Shown here: positions 1-13,100 of the stretch, piece by piece
How the letters are laid out: every line of letters starts with the position of its first letter
Numbering within the stretch: the first letter of the stretch is position 1
DNA from: Octopus vulgaris
Taxonomy: Eukaryota
Direction: 5' to 3'
DNA length: 64,000 nt
Assembly: GCA_951406725.2 (NCBI GenBank)
Contig: OX597817.1
Span: forward strand, 158,348,001-158,412,000
The notes under the pieces: generated by a model
Told to the model about the DNA's origin: nothing
Seen by the model: only the letters and a program-made list of their open reading frames with translations
Databases searched by the model: none
Made by a program: the position numbers and the translations under genes

Positions 1-408
1 AATTCTTCAAGGCAGTGCCGTAGCATGGCCACAGCCTAAGACTAAAACCAGTAAAAGATAGAAGATAAGGATGTAACTGCCTGGTTTTTAACACTCTGCC
101 TGTCCTGTGTATCACATGTGATGTGCAGGATGTATCTGCCTGATGTCCATGCACCATATATGATATATACTTCCAATATTTTTGACCACCAGAGTAACTT
201 GAGACTTATGAAAGGAAAGCTTAATATTACTCAGGATCTATGAAACAAGAGCTAACTAAAAAAGTCTGAAAGCAAGCATTAAATGAGTAGAACAAACTTA
301 TGAAAAAGCTTTGCACAGGCAAAGGCTTAACTTAGAAGCAAAACATTGAAATTAAGGAGATCTGCAATTGTAAAAAAAAATTCTTTAAAAACTTAAAGTG
401 AATGTTAC

Positions 409-1141
409 CGTTGAAAGCTGAAGTTTCCAAACCATTTTGTGTATGATATAATGTAGAAGTATTCATGTTGCATTTATCTTCTTTTTTCTTGATTGGAGAT
501 TTTTTTCTTGAAGTATTTAATGGGCTGTAATCACTTTGGCATGAAGCTGCTGATAATGGAATATTTTCCAAAATTGAGTTTCTGGGTATTTTCTCTTTTG
601 TAACAGGGGTAGAATGTTTGCTGGAATTACTACTTGTGATTTCAACCTCATTTACGCTTGCAGATTGCTGTTCTGATTTAAAGCTGTCTATTTCAAAACT
701 GATAAGTGATGGGCTGACATTTTCAGAATTTTTTTTCAGCAGTTGAGATTGAAAAGCTTCATAAGAAGGGATTTTGTCAGAATCTGAACAACTGCTGTTA
801 TTGTCGGCATCCTTATCTTCATGGGAATTGTGGATTGAACTGTTAAGGTATTTTCTTAAATCAACTGATGGCTCTCCCAGGGTATATGAGCCCCGGCGAA
901 TTATTGAATTATTACAATACTTTGGAATTAGGCTTGGACTAGTTTTGGTCATTTCCTTTTCTGCTGGATTTAAATAATTAGCTGTGGAATCTAAATAAGA
1001 GATCTCTGCAAGACTGCATACCTCTGATGGATTAGGGACATCAGCCATGGCTGTAGTAGCAGTGGAAACTGGCAAGTTGTGAGAAGAATGAGTTGTTACC
1101 GTAGTGAAGTTAGTTGGAATTGATTTGGTGGGGAGAATGGT
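409..1141 (-). CDS. CCP110: CP110-like exon 5
   Basis: ttattcttttccAG acceptor in frame with ORF 332..1075; probable donor AACG|GTAACA. Confidence 0.7.
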
Positions 1142-4100
1142 CTGGAAAAGAATAATTTAGAGATGAATGTATGAATATTATTACACCTTAACAAAAGAGA
1201 ACTCTTACTAGAGAGTGATTAAAATAAAAAATATACAATAGATTTTTCACATGAATATTGTGATATTAATATAATGAATGATATTAATATCCTTTCTACT
1301 ACAGGCACAAGGCCTGAAATTTGAGGAGAGGGGGTTAGTTGATTACATTGACCCAGTACATAACTGGTACTTATTTCATTGACCCCGAAAGGATGAAAGG
1401 CAGAGTTGACCTCAGCGGAATTTGAACCCAGAACGTAACGGCAGACGAAATACTGCTAAGCATTTTGCCCAGCGTGCTAACAATACTGCCAGCTTGCCAC
1501 CTTAAATGATATATTAATATAATAATCCTTTCCACAAGGCCTGAAATTTTGTGGGAGAGGGCTAATTGATTTTATCAATCCCAATACAAGACCAAACCCA
1601 TTGTCTATCAAGACAGACGGGGAAAGAGAGAGAGAGAATACAAGACCAGTACTTATTTTATTGACTGATCAAAATCAAAATCAATCAACATCAATGGAAA
1701 TTGTAGCTGTGATACCAGTGCCGGTGGCACATAAGAGAACCATTCGAACGTGGCCGTTGCCAGCGCCGTTTGGCAGCCTCGTCTGGCACCTGTGCCGGTG
1801 GCATGCACAAAGCACCCACTACACTCACGGAGTGGTTGGCGTTAGGAAGGGCATCCAGCCATAGAAACATTGCCAGATCAGACTGGGCCTGGTGCAGCCT
1901 TCTGGCTTCCCAGACCCCAGTTGAACCGTCCAACCCATGCTAGCATGGAGAGCGGACGCTAAATGATGATGATGATGATGATGATGATGTGAAAGAAGGA
2001 AAGGAAAAGTTGACCGTTCAATGGAATTTGAACTTAGAACATGAAGACAGATAAAATGCCCTCAAGCCTTTTGTCCAGCTTGCGGCCTTATATATTAATA
2101 TTATATCAGATGGCAAGCTGGCAGAATCATTCATACACCAGACAAAATGCTTAGCAGCAGTTCTTCAAGCCCTCTATGTTCTGAGTCCAAATGCCTCCAA
2201 GATCAACTTTGCTTTTCACCCTTTCTGGGTAACAAAACAAGTATCAGTTGTGTATTGGGGTTGGAGAAATGAACTGATCACTCCCTTCAAAATCACTGGT
2301 CTTGAGCCAAAATTGCATCATCATCATTTAGCGTCCGCTTTTCATGCTAGCATGGGTTGGACAGTTCAACTGGGGTCTGGGAAGCCAGAAGGCTGCACCA
2401 GGCCCAGTCTGATCTAGCAATGTTTCTACAGCTGGATGCCTTTCCTAACGCCAACCACTCCATGAGTGTAGTGGGTGCTTTTTACATGTCACCGGCACAG
2501 GTGCCAGATGAGGCTGGCAAACGGCCACGATCGGTCGGTGCTTTTTACGTGTATCAATATAATGATACTACCAAATCATCCTCCTAATCATTATCTCTGT
2601 GCCTGTCTGCCAAGCTGGCATGGATTAGATGGAGTATCATAGTCAAAGTCAGAATTTATATGGAATTACTGCCTTCCTAGACAAGTCAGAGGCTCATGCC
2701 TAGTTCACATGTCTCAAGTTTTGGCATGGTTTCTTCAGCTGGATACCATTTCTAACACCAACCTAGTACTGGGTGTACTAGGTGTTTTTTTATTTTGTGG
2801 AACCAAAAATGTGGTAATGCTCTTGATAAGACTAAAGAGCCCTCTTGACTATGTTGCTTTGGCTCAATTTTTCAATCACTTTACCATGGACTGAGTGCAT
2901 TTTATCATGGCATCAGTACTCTTCATGTTGACTTGTCCTTCACAAAACAACAGGCTCAGATTCTCTAAGTGGAAGAACAGAAGAGAGAGTGGTGAGAGAA
3001 GCAAATGCATGGTGGGAGGAATAGAGTTATAAGAGGGTAGTGGAAGAGAGAATAAGAAGATGACCAGTAATGCCAGCAATAAATTCCTCATTATCATCAT
3101 CGTTTAACATCTGTTTTCTGTGCTAGCACGGGTTGGACGGTTCAACCGGGGTCTGGGAAGCCAGGAGGCTGCACCAGGTTCCAGTCTGATCTGGCAGTGT
3201 TTCTACAGCTGGATGCCCTTCCTAATGCCAACCACTCCGTGAGTGTAGTGGGTGCTTTTTACGTGCCACCAGCACAGGTGCCAGAGGAGGCTGGCAGTGG
3301 CCACAATCGGTTGGTGCTTTTTACATGCCACCGGCACAGAAGCCAGTCAAGGCAGTGCTGGCATCAGTAATAATGACACTAACAAGTGTTTAACATTGTC
3401 ATAATTTAATGTCCACTTTTCCATACTTGTATGGATGGGACAAAATTAACTGAGGCAGATTTTCTATGGCTGGATGCCCTCCCCGTTGCTAACCCTCACC
3501 TGTTCCTAAGCAAGGTGAGTTTTCAGGCAATAAATATTCAAGGAAAGAATTTGAAATGTAGTTGTAAGGAGTAAATGCTTTAAATTTTATACTTTAAAAA
3601 AAGTGACTGTGTGGTAAGTAGCTTGCTTACCAACGACATGGCTCTGGATTCAGTCCCACTGCATGGCACCTTGGGCAAGTGTCTTCTACTATAGCCTTGG
3701 GCTGACCAAAGCCTTGTGAGTGGATTTGGTAGATGGAAACTGAAAGCCTGTTGTATATAAATATATGTGTGTGCGCGTATGTTTGCGTGTCTGACAACTG
3801 ATGCTGGTGTGTTTACGTCCTCATAACTTAGCAGTTTGGCAAAAGAAACTGATGGAATAAGTACTAGGCTTACAAAGAATAAGTCCTGAGGTCAATTTGT
3901 TTGACTAAAGGTGGTGCTCCAGCATGGCCACAGTCAAATGACTGAAACAAATAAAAGTGTAAAAGTATATGTGTGTGTGTGTGTGTGTATATATATAGGT
4001 GCAGGTGTGGCTGTGTGGTAAAAAGATTACTTCCCAACCACAGTTTCAGGTTGAGTCACACCGTGTGGCACTATGGGCAAGCATCTACTATAGCTCCCAG

Positions 4101-7100
4101 ACCAGCCAGTGACCTGTGAATGAATTTGATAGACAGGAAGCGAAAAAAGCTCGTCATCAATTATGTGTGCATGTGTGTGTCCTTCACTGCAGTTTAATAA
4201 CCTGTGTTGGTTTGTTTAGGTCCTCCTTAACTTAGTGGTTCAGCAAAATTGAGACCAATAGTGTAAGTACTGGAATTGATTCAATTGACTAAACCCTTCA
4301 AGGCAGAGGCCCCAGTATAGCTGTAGTCTAATGACAGAAACAAGCAAAAAGATTTAAGAAAAATATACATTATATATATATATATCTATATATATATATA
4401 TATATCTATCTAGTCGCCAGTGCCGCTGGACTAGCTCCTGTGCAGGTGGCATGTAAAAAATACCATTTGAGCATGGCTGTTGCTAGTACTGCCTGACTGG
4501 CCCTCGTGCCGGTGGCACGTAAAAGCACCCGCTACACTCTTAGAATGGTTGGCATTAGGAAGGGCATCCAGCTGTAGAAACTCTGCCAGATCAGATTGGA
4601 GCCTGGTGCAGCCATTTGGTTCACTAGTCCTCAGTCAAATTGTCCAACCCATGCCAGCATGGAAAGCGAACGTTAAACAATGATGATGATGATGATATAA
4701 ATAAATAATATAAAAACTTACTTGTGCCTTAGCTGGCTGCTTAGAATTGCATTTTTTATTTATAGCACCTGTTTTGACTGGATTGCTTAAATCCTTCAAG
4801 TCACTGCCATCACCATCCTTCCGTGGAACAAATCCAATTTTGTCAATCCCAAATAAAAGTTCATCCAAAGAATCATCGCTGAAATGGTCTTCGAGAGATA
4901 AATTATGTGGTGAAGACAAAAATGACAACAGCATTTTGGGTTCATCGTCCTCTGACTTAGATTCATTTGAACTAGCAGCGATGAAAGTCTTGTCTCTTTT
5001 ACTTGAATTACAAGAAATGTTCAAATTTGCTGGCAAAACAGCAGGATTTGTATTCTGATAATTTGTAAAGATTTGCTCTTGATTTGAAGAATGAACCTGG
5101 ACAGAGTTGTTATTATTAATATTATTATTATTATTATTACATGACTGGTTTAGTTTAGCTTTAGGAGAAACGGAGTTATTACTATAGTCTGTTTGACAAA
5201 CATCAGCACCCAAAGAATCTTGATGGCCAGATATTACAGGCCGGACAAGTTGACCTTCTTCTCCGTCGTCTTCGGGGTCAATTGTAAAGGTGGCGTTTGC
5301 TGCCTGTTGGATTTTAATGGGCTTTTGAGATGAATTGGAAGACATGCCTACTGTTTCAGGTCGTTTCTTGGTGACATAAGCAATTAAAGGAGAGGTCATG
5401 ATCCATCCTTGCTCTTTATTAATACTAGTTTGCATTGAACTTTGATTTTCAGCTGGCAATGCATGCAATTCCAAACCATTTTCATCCGTGAGAAATATAG
5501 GAGCCCTCAGAACATTTTGGGATGCATCATTTGGTAAATGGAGAGAGGAATCACTTGTACTTGGTTTCATATTGGAAAGAAACGAACAAATTACTGGTTC
5601 ATCTGAAGATGATTTAGTGACAGGAGGATTTTCCTTATCAAGCTCAGAAGATTCACAGATTAAATCAAAGTTGGAAACAGAAATAAAATCACTAAAGTCA
5701 GAATTGTCAGAACTACAATTGTCAGGTAAATGTTTAATAAGAGTTGAAAGATCCTTAGTAATTTGTTGCTCATATCGGGAAGTTAGAGGTATACCATTCA
5801 TTTCGGTGGGTAATGAACCTTCTTCTAAGGAGCCCAAGTCAGACAGAGAGCTGGTAATCAGTAAATTGTCACAATATCTTAATTTGGATGAAGGTGAACT
5901 TGAATTTGCCTCTTCTCTGTTCTCTGTAGGTGAATTTAAATTTGTTTCTTCTCTGTTCTCTGTAGGTGAATTTAAAATTGTCTCTGCTCTGTTCTCTGTA
6001 GGTGAATTTAAAATTGTCTCTGCTCTGTTCTCTGTAGGTGAATTTAAATTTGTCTGTCCTCTATTCTCTTGAAAAGAGATTTCATCTTTTGGAGGGATTA
6101 ATTCATGTGAAAGTTGGGGAACAAGTTCTTCTTCTGGAAATGAAGACTGTTGAAGATTGTCTGAAGATTTGTCTTCTTCAGGTACACACCCAGGTATTGT
6201 AATATTGTCATGAAATAGTGCAGTTCTGTCATGTTCCAGAAGAGGATTTGAAATGTTCTCAGCAACAGTAGAAGAGTTAATCTGAAATGTGATAATTTTG
6301 CTTATGAATTCATAAATTACAATGAGAAATAATACAGAGTTATAATAGATTATATAACAAAACAAAAGAAATTTGGAGTGCTGGCTGGATAAGATGGTGA
6401 TAATCTAAAAATAATATAGTTAATCCATGATTAGCATCTTAAATCATATCACATATATTTATTTGCCTTAGTTGAGAAAAATAGCTGAAAATATGGATGA
6501 TAACTAAAAGAGTCAAGACCCTTTGGTCATGAATAACCATGGGATTAACCTAGAAAGTTCCCCTCCGAGGCACAAGTCTGGACAAGGTTGTTTATGGAAG
6601 ACCAGCAGTCGCCTGTGCATACAAGCCTCCTCTCTTCACACCACTGATGCTATCCAAGGGAAAGGCAAAGGCTGGCACCAGTGACATCACAACTCATTTC
6701 TACAGCTGAGTGAATTAGAGCAACATGAAAATAAAGTGTCTTGCTCAAGAACTCAACCCACAGCCTGGTTTGGGAATTGAACTCATTACCTCATGATTGT
6801 GAGCCTGATGCTCTAACCATTGAGCCATGCGCCTTCACTGGATGACAACTACAGAAGCTAATTTAAGGTAACAGTTATTTAGCTGCTCCAGCCATATGCA
6901 TAAATCTACCAGGCTATTTTTCTTTTACAAGTTAACTAGAAGAAATGCAGTGTGCACAACTTTTTTGGACTCTCATAGACTGGTGAGAATAATGTCCAGT
7001 CCAAACACTTACAATATAGAGATTCAGGCAATATGTTAGGCTTTATCCATCCCAACAAAGAATTAAAAATTTGAAAACAAGGAAAATTCTGTTATAAGTA

Positions 7101-10100
7101 CTAAAAATAATTTACTTACAGAAGCAGAAGTATCTGTCAATGTTCTTTTTCTTTGGTTACGTTGCTGCATCCTTCTGACAGCTTCATCTCTGTATCGTCT
7201 CATTTCTTCTCTTTCAGCTTCAGTAAGCTTTGAAAGACAAATCATGTAATTAGAATTCTAATACCTTTACAGTCAAGTCCAACTTCATTTTGCTATTCTA
7301 GTAGTTATGACCTTAAACACTTGTACTCTCAATTTGAAAACAAGATGTGCAGATACAAAAGCATATACATACTTACTTGTGGCGGCATTCACCCAGGGCG
7401 GGTAGAGCCGGCTTCTTCTCTGGTCCTGATGGCATCACGAAGAAGAAGTTTCGTGGGAATATTGAATTCACAAGCGGTCCCCAACACCCCACACACATAT
7501 CCCAAGTGATGGGACGCCCTGTTTGCTGCGGAGTCTCCACAGACGCAGGGACAGAACAACCTCGAAGCTGCTGGTTGCCGATCAGACGCCTCTTGGAATT
7601 TTCACCAGAACCCCGTTGGCCAGGCTGCAGCCCTAATACCACTCAGTTCCAGACCAATCCGTCTTGGGTGGCCATACCAGGAACCGAAGTTCCCGAAGGC
7701 ATAGCCCTGACACTGCCCGTTCACACCACCCTACTGCTTTGAGGAGGGGTTGGACTTTAGGGCATACTTAAAGCACCCAGTACTCACTGTAAAGTGGCTG
7801 GCATTGAGGGCATCCAGCTGTAGAAAATATGCCAAAGCTGACACTTGAGCTTGATGCAGCCCTGCAGCTCACCAGATCCTGTTAAACCATCCAACCCATG
7901 CCAGCATGGAAAACATGTTGAATGATGATGATATGACTCAATGATGAAATAGGAGTTCTAGTAGAAAGGGCGAAACATGGAATATATAAAAAGTGAATAT
8001 ATGAAAACGATTTTCATTTGTATGGGTCAGGCTGATATGCATTATGATGTATTGCTACTTTTGTTGATCTTGTGTCACTTCATCCATCAAGTTCAGCATC
8101 TTCAGATCTAATCTTATCGTCGCCCTCTTCAAGCCTAGCCAGACTCATAGGCCCGGTTTCTGTGGTGTATGTGTTCCCCCCAGCTGGATGGGACACCAGT
8201 CCATTGCAGCATTACTCAAGAAACAGGAAGAGAGAGTGAGAGAAAGTTGTGAAGAAAAAGTACAACAGGGGTCGCTACCACCCCTGCCGGAGCCTCGTGG
8301 AGTTTTTAGGTGTTTCCGCTCAATAAACACACACAACGCCCAGTCTGGGAATCGAAACTGCGATCCGCGAGTCCGCTGCCCTAACCACTGGGCCATTGCA
8401 TCTCCATCTAATCTTATCACTTTTCATATATTCTAGGTTTTGTCTCTTCCACTAGAACTACTATTTCATCAGTGAGTCATATCATCATCATTTAACTTTG
8501 TGTATGAAAATGTGTATGCAAGTAAGTGAGTAAATACATTGTGTGTGTGTATACATACACGAGTGTATACATACATGCATAAAATACGTAAGTGTAAGGT
8601 GTATATGTTCCTTTAGCAGTACAGGAGATTTTGAGTGGTGATTGAGTAGAGCCTTAGCTTTGAATGGACAAAAATCCCTACTTATTTTATTAAAGAGTCA
8701 ATCAGGGATAGAGGAGAAGTGACAATGGCACTCGCAGACCCTTCCAGACTGGTGAGAATGGTGTAAGTAATACCTTTCGTGAAGCAAATTAAGTACCAGT
8801 TGCATACTGGGGTCGATCTAACCGACTGGCCCCCTCACCAAAAATTTTGGGCCTTGTGCCTAGAGGAGAAAAGAATACCAATTTCTTTATTACCCACAAG
8901 GGGCTAAACACAGAGGGGACAAACAAGGATAGACATAGGTATTAAATCGATTACATCGACCCCAGTGCGTAACTGGTACTTAATTTATCGACCCCGAAAG
9001 GATGAAAGGCAAAGTCGACCTCGGCGGAATTTGAACTCACAACGTAACAGCAGACGAAATACCGCTAAGCATTTCGCCCGGCGTGCTAACGTTTCTGCCA
9101 GCTCGCCGCCTTTTGAGAAAAGAATACCTTTTGTGGAGCATCAGCAAGAAAAACTTGGGAAAGGAGAGAACTGGATGTCTGGTTCAAATATTTGCAATAG
9201 AATGAAAACACCAAAGAGTTAGGCAGATGTATGAAACCAAATGCGTTCGGCTGAGCAGGAATGCAAACACTTACATCCCCAAACATACACATTTAAAGAT
9301 TTATTTTACAGATACAAGGCTTTTGAATAAAGGAAAGTGGTATAGTTAATTGACAAGATTCCAATTTATTTCTGACACTACTTCATTTACCCAGGAAGGG
9401 TAAAAGGCTAAAACCAACTGATGAAGGACTAGAATTTAGAGAAGTGAGGCATTAAACTAGATGCTATATAGCATTTAGCGTAACCCTCACCATCATAAGA
9501 AAATCTAATATAATGAGCGTAGTGTTTTTATATATTTGAATATATATATATATATTTGTCCAAAATCATGCAGAGTAGAGAAAGAGAAAATAGTAATTCA
9601 GTGAAGGAGAAGTAGTGAGAGTAATAGCCCTGACTGAAAGGGAGTGAGAGAAAGTAATAGCAATGAGAGAGAGGAAGTGGAAAAGAGCAAGTTGTGTATC
9701 TTCTGTTTTTCTGTCACAACATATGAATGAGAAAGGAAGGGGTGAAAAAAAATAGAAATCAGCGTTTCAACTGTGTGAGTATGTGTGTGTGTATGTAAAA
9801 GGAAGTGTGTGAATGTGTGTGCAAGGGAAATGGGATGGTGAATGTTCAATGCTGAAAAAAAAATCAAACAGCATTTCAACTGTGTGAGTATATGTATTTG
9901 TATGCATGTGCAAAGGAGGTATGTGAATGTATGTGAACACTGACAAGTGTATTAATTTGATTTACCATCCATATCTTCTATAATAATAACTCTTGTGTAT
10001 TTCTCTGTCACAATATATGAATAAAGAAGGAAGGGAGTGAGGGCAAACTTGGTAGTGGGATGATGGAAGTTCTATGGTAAAAAAAAAAATCAAACAGAAT

Positions 10101-13100
10101 TTCAACTCTGCTTGAGTATATACGTGTGTATATAAAAGGGTGTCAAGTGAATGTTTGTGTGTATGTGTATGTGCGTGTGCAATGGAAGTGGGATGGTAAA
10201 CATTCAATGCTGAAACGAAAAATCAAACAATGTTTCAAATCTGTGTGAGTATATATGTGCGTGCATGTACAAGGGAAGTATGTGAATGTTTGTATCTGTG
10301 ATTATGTACCTTATTTATATATAAAATACTACAGTTAGTGTCACTTTTGATGGCACAGAGCCAGCTAGTATATAAATATAATTTCAAGTTTCTTGTACTT
10401 ACAATTGGAGGTAAGATTGGTACACCATTAATCTTTATACAGGAAACATAACACTTAGAACTGGAACTGACATTTTCACTTGGATTGGTGGGAGAAAGAA
10501 CATGCTCTCCAATTTGGGTCAGTAGCTTGGGTATTTGAGAGAGTAAATCAGAATATCTATTTTGGCTGAAATATAAGAGTACAAGAGAATTGAGATTAAA
10601 ATAAAAGAAGGGAACAATTTGTAACATGCTATTAAGTTAGAAGAGTAGATAAAATAGATTTCAATTTATATTGAAATTGTAGTTCTGACTGATACCAGTG
10701 CTGGTTGCACACAATAAGCACCATTCATGCGTGGGTCGTGCCGGTGACATGTAAAAAGCACCCACTACACTCTTGGAGTGGTTGGCGTTAGGAAGGGCAT
10801 CCAGCTGTAGAAACACTGGCCAGATCAAATTGGAGCCTGATGCAGCCTCCTGGTAGGCTAGTCCTCAGTCAAACCGTCCAACCCATGCCAGCATGGAAAA
10901 CGGACGTTAAATGATGATGATTGTATCCCCATCACCATTGTCAATGTAGCCATACTTTGGTCTTTTGTCCCATACTGATTTGAATTAGTTAAGCCAATGG
11001 TTTTCATCCATATGGCCCTTGGGGTGTGGGGGGGGGTCATAAAAGATTTAGTTAAAATTTATGTGTAATAAATTTGTTATACTTCTACAAGTCACAAAAT
11101 ATCTTAATTTTTAAAAATACAATTCCTAATAATCATCATCATCATTGTTGAACGCCTGCTTTCCATGCTGGCATAGGTTGGATGGTTTGACTGAGGTTTG
11201 GAAAGCCAGGAGGCTGCACCAGGCTCCAATCTGATCAGGCAAAGTTTCTACAGCTGGATGCCCTTCCTAACGCCAACCACTCTGGGAGTGTAGTGGGCGC
11301 TTTTTTTTACATGCTACCAGCACGAGGGCCAGTCAGGTGGTACTGGCATTGACCATGCTAGAATGGTGCTTTTTATGTGCCACTGGCATGGGACCAGTCA
11401 GCCGGTACTGGCAATAATATTTAACCCTTTTGTTACCAACCTGGCTGAAACCGGCTCTGGCTCTGTAGTACAAATGTCTTGTTTCCATAAGTTTTGAATT
11501 AATAATAATAATAAACATTGTGTACAGTGCTCAGGTGCACTACAACTCATCTAAAGTGTATATATAATCAGGTGTAGTTTCGACGGATTTCGGGAAGCAT
11601 GAGGGCCTTAAAGGATGCAGTGTCATGGCAGTCAACAACTGACGCAGGCAGTTTATTCCATGCTTCAGCAAAAATCTTCCACCAAACCTTAGTCACAATT
11701 TATGTTCCTAACACTAGCTGAATGATAACTAAGTTATTTTACTAAATTCTTTGTTATATTTGAAGTAATTGAAAGAAACACAGAGCATCTCAAAATAAAT
11801 ACAGTAACGAAAGGGTTAATCATAAAAATATAATAGGACGTTTTAAACATAAAATGGCTAGGAGGGTCCATTTAAGTAAAATAGGAATTAAAGGGGTCCA
11901 CAGTGAAAAAAAAAAATGGTTGAGAAACATTAAGTTAAGCCTTCAATACAATATATGTTATTTCTTTATTACCCACCAGGGGCCACGAAGAATGGCAGAC
12001 ATTACAAAACATGGGGGACATAGAACAATATGATTAAATTTATGAGCAAATGAAAATGAAAAAATGATAATATTGTTACGGTTGGCTAGGTGCATTTCTG
12101 GTGACCCACATAGGAATAATGGCACCATGATGTCTGGTGAAATGTGACGGGTTCTTTGTCTAATGGAGGACTGATGGGTTTTGGAATGACCTGTGACCTC
12201 GTGTGGTTGATAAGAGGGTCAGTGAGAATGTGAAAGAGGAAGACAGATTAAGGGAATCTAAGAGCAGATGGAGAGGGTATTGACAGTAAGAGAAAAGGGA
12301 CAGATTAAGGGCTGAGAGCAAATAGAGATAGGGTATAAGCAGTAGGGGACGGATGGAGAGGCTAAGAGACAGCAGGCGATATAGATAGAGTAAGGAATCA
12401 GATAGCAAATAGAAAGGCTAAGAGACAGCAGGCGATATAGATAGGGTATAAGGACCAGGGCAGTTAGAAAGGGTAAGAGCGATATAGACAGAGGGAGATG
12501 AGGGGAGTGGAAGAAGGACAGAGACGAAGTGAGGTCTGGTAGTTCGCAGTTGGTCGTCAAGAAGGGCAGTCGCTGGCCGGTCCTCGAAGAAGACAGACGG
12601 ACCTTGGATTTAAGGAGCAAGCGTTGGAATTCTTAGGAGCAAGTTGGATGCGAGAAAGCTTGGCGGCACAGAAGGGAATTAGCAGGATTGAGAGGAATGG
12701 GACACTGGCAGATTCAATTAGGAATTGAGGTATGTGTTGTGCATTGATATGTGTCACGGTGTATTGAACAGTGAAGAGAACAGTCAAGGACTCTGTCGAT
12801 ATGTCGATTATCGAGTTGTGGTATTTATGTTCAGAATTGAGTAAAGGACTTGTTGATGTGACTTTATCTGTGATGTTCAGAAAGAGACTTTAAAGAACTG
12901 TTGTCTTCGGACGTGTACTCTTGAAATGCTGTTGTATTATGCGTTGATCTGTTGCATGATGTATTGAGTAGTCACGTGCATGTCTTCCTTTAAATGTCTG
13001 CCTTAAATGTATTTGATGTGTAGCAATTGATTGTCATATAAACTAGTAGTTGTTGAATATAAGCCAGTGTTGCCAGTTGTTGCCTTGCCTCTTTGGGTTG

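Noticed and set aside
5488-6072. 194-aa plus-strand ORF (also 4747-5058 and 774-977)
   Set aside because: Antisense shadows of the CP110-like exons
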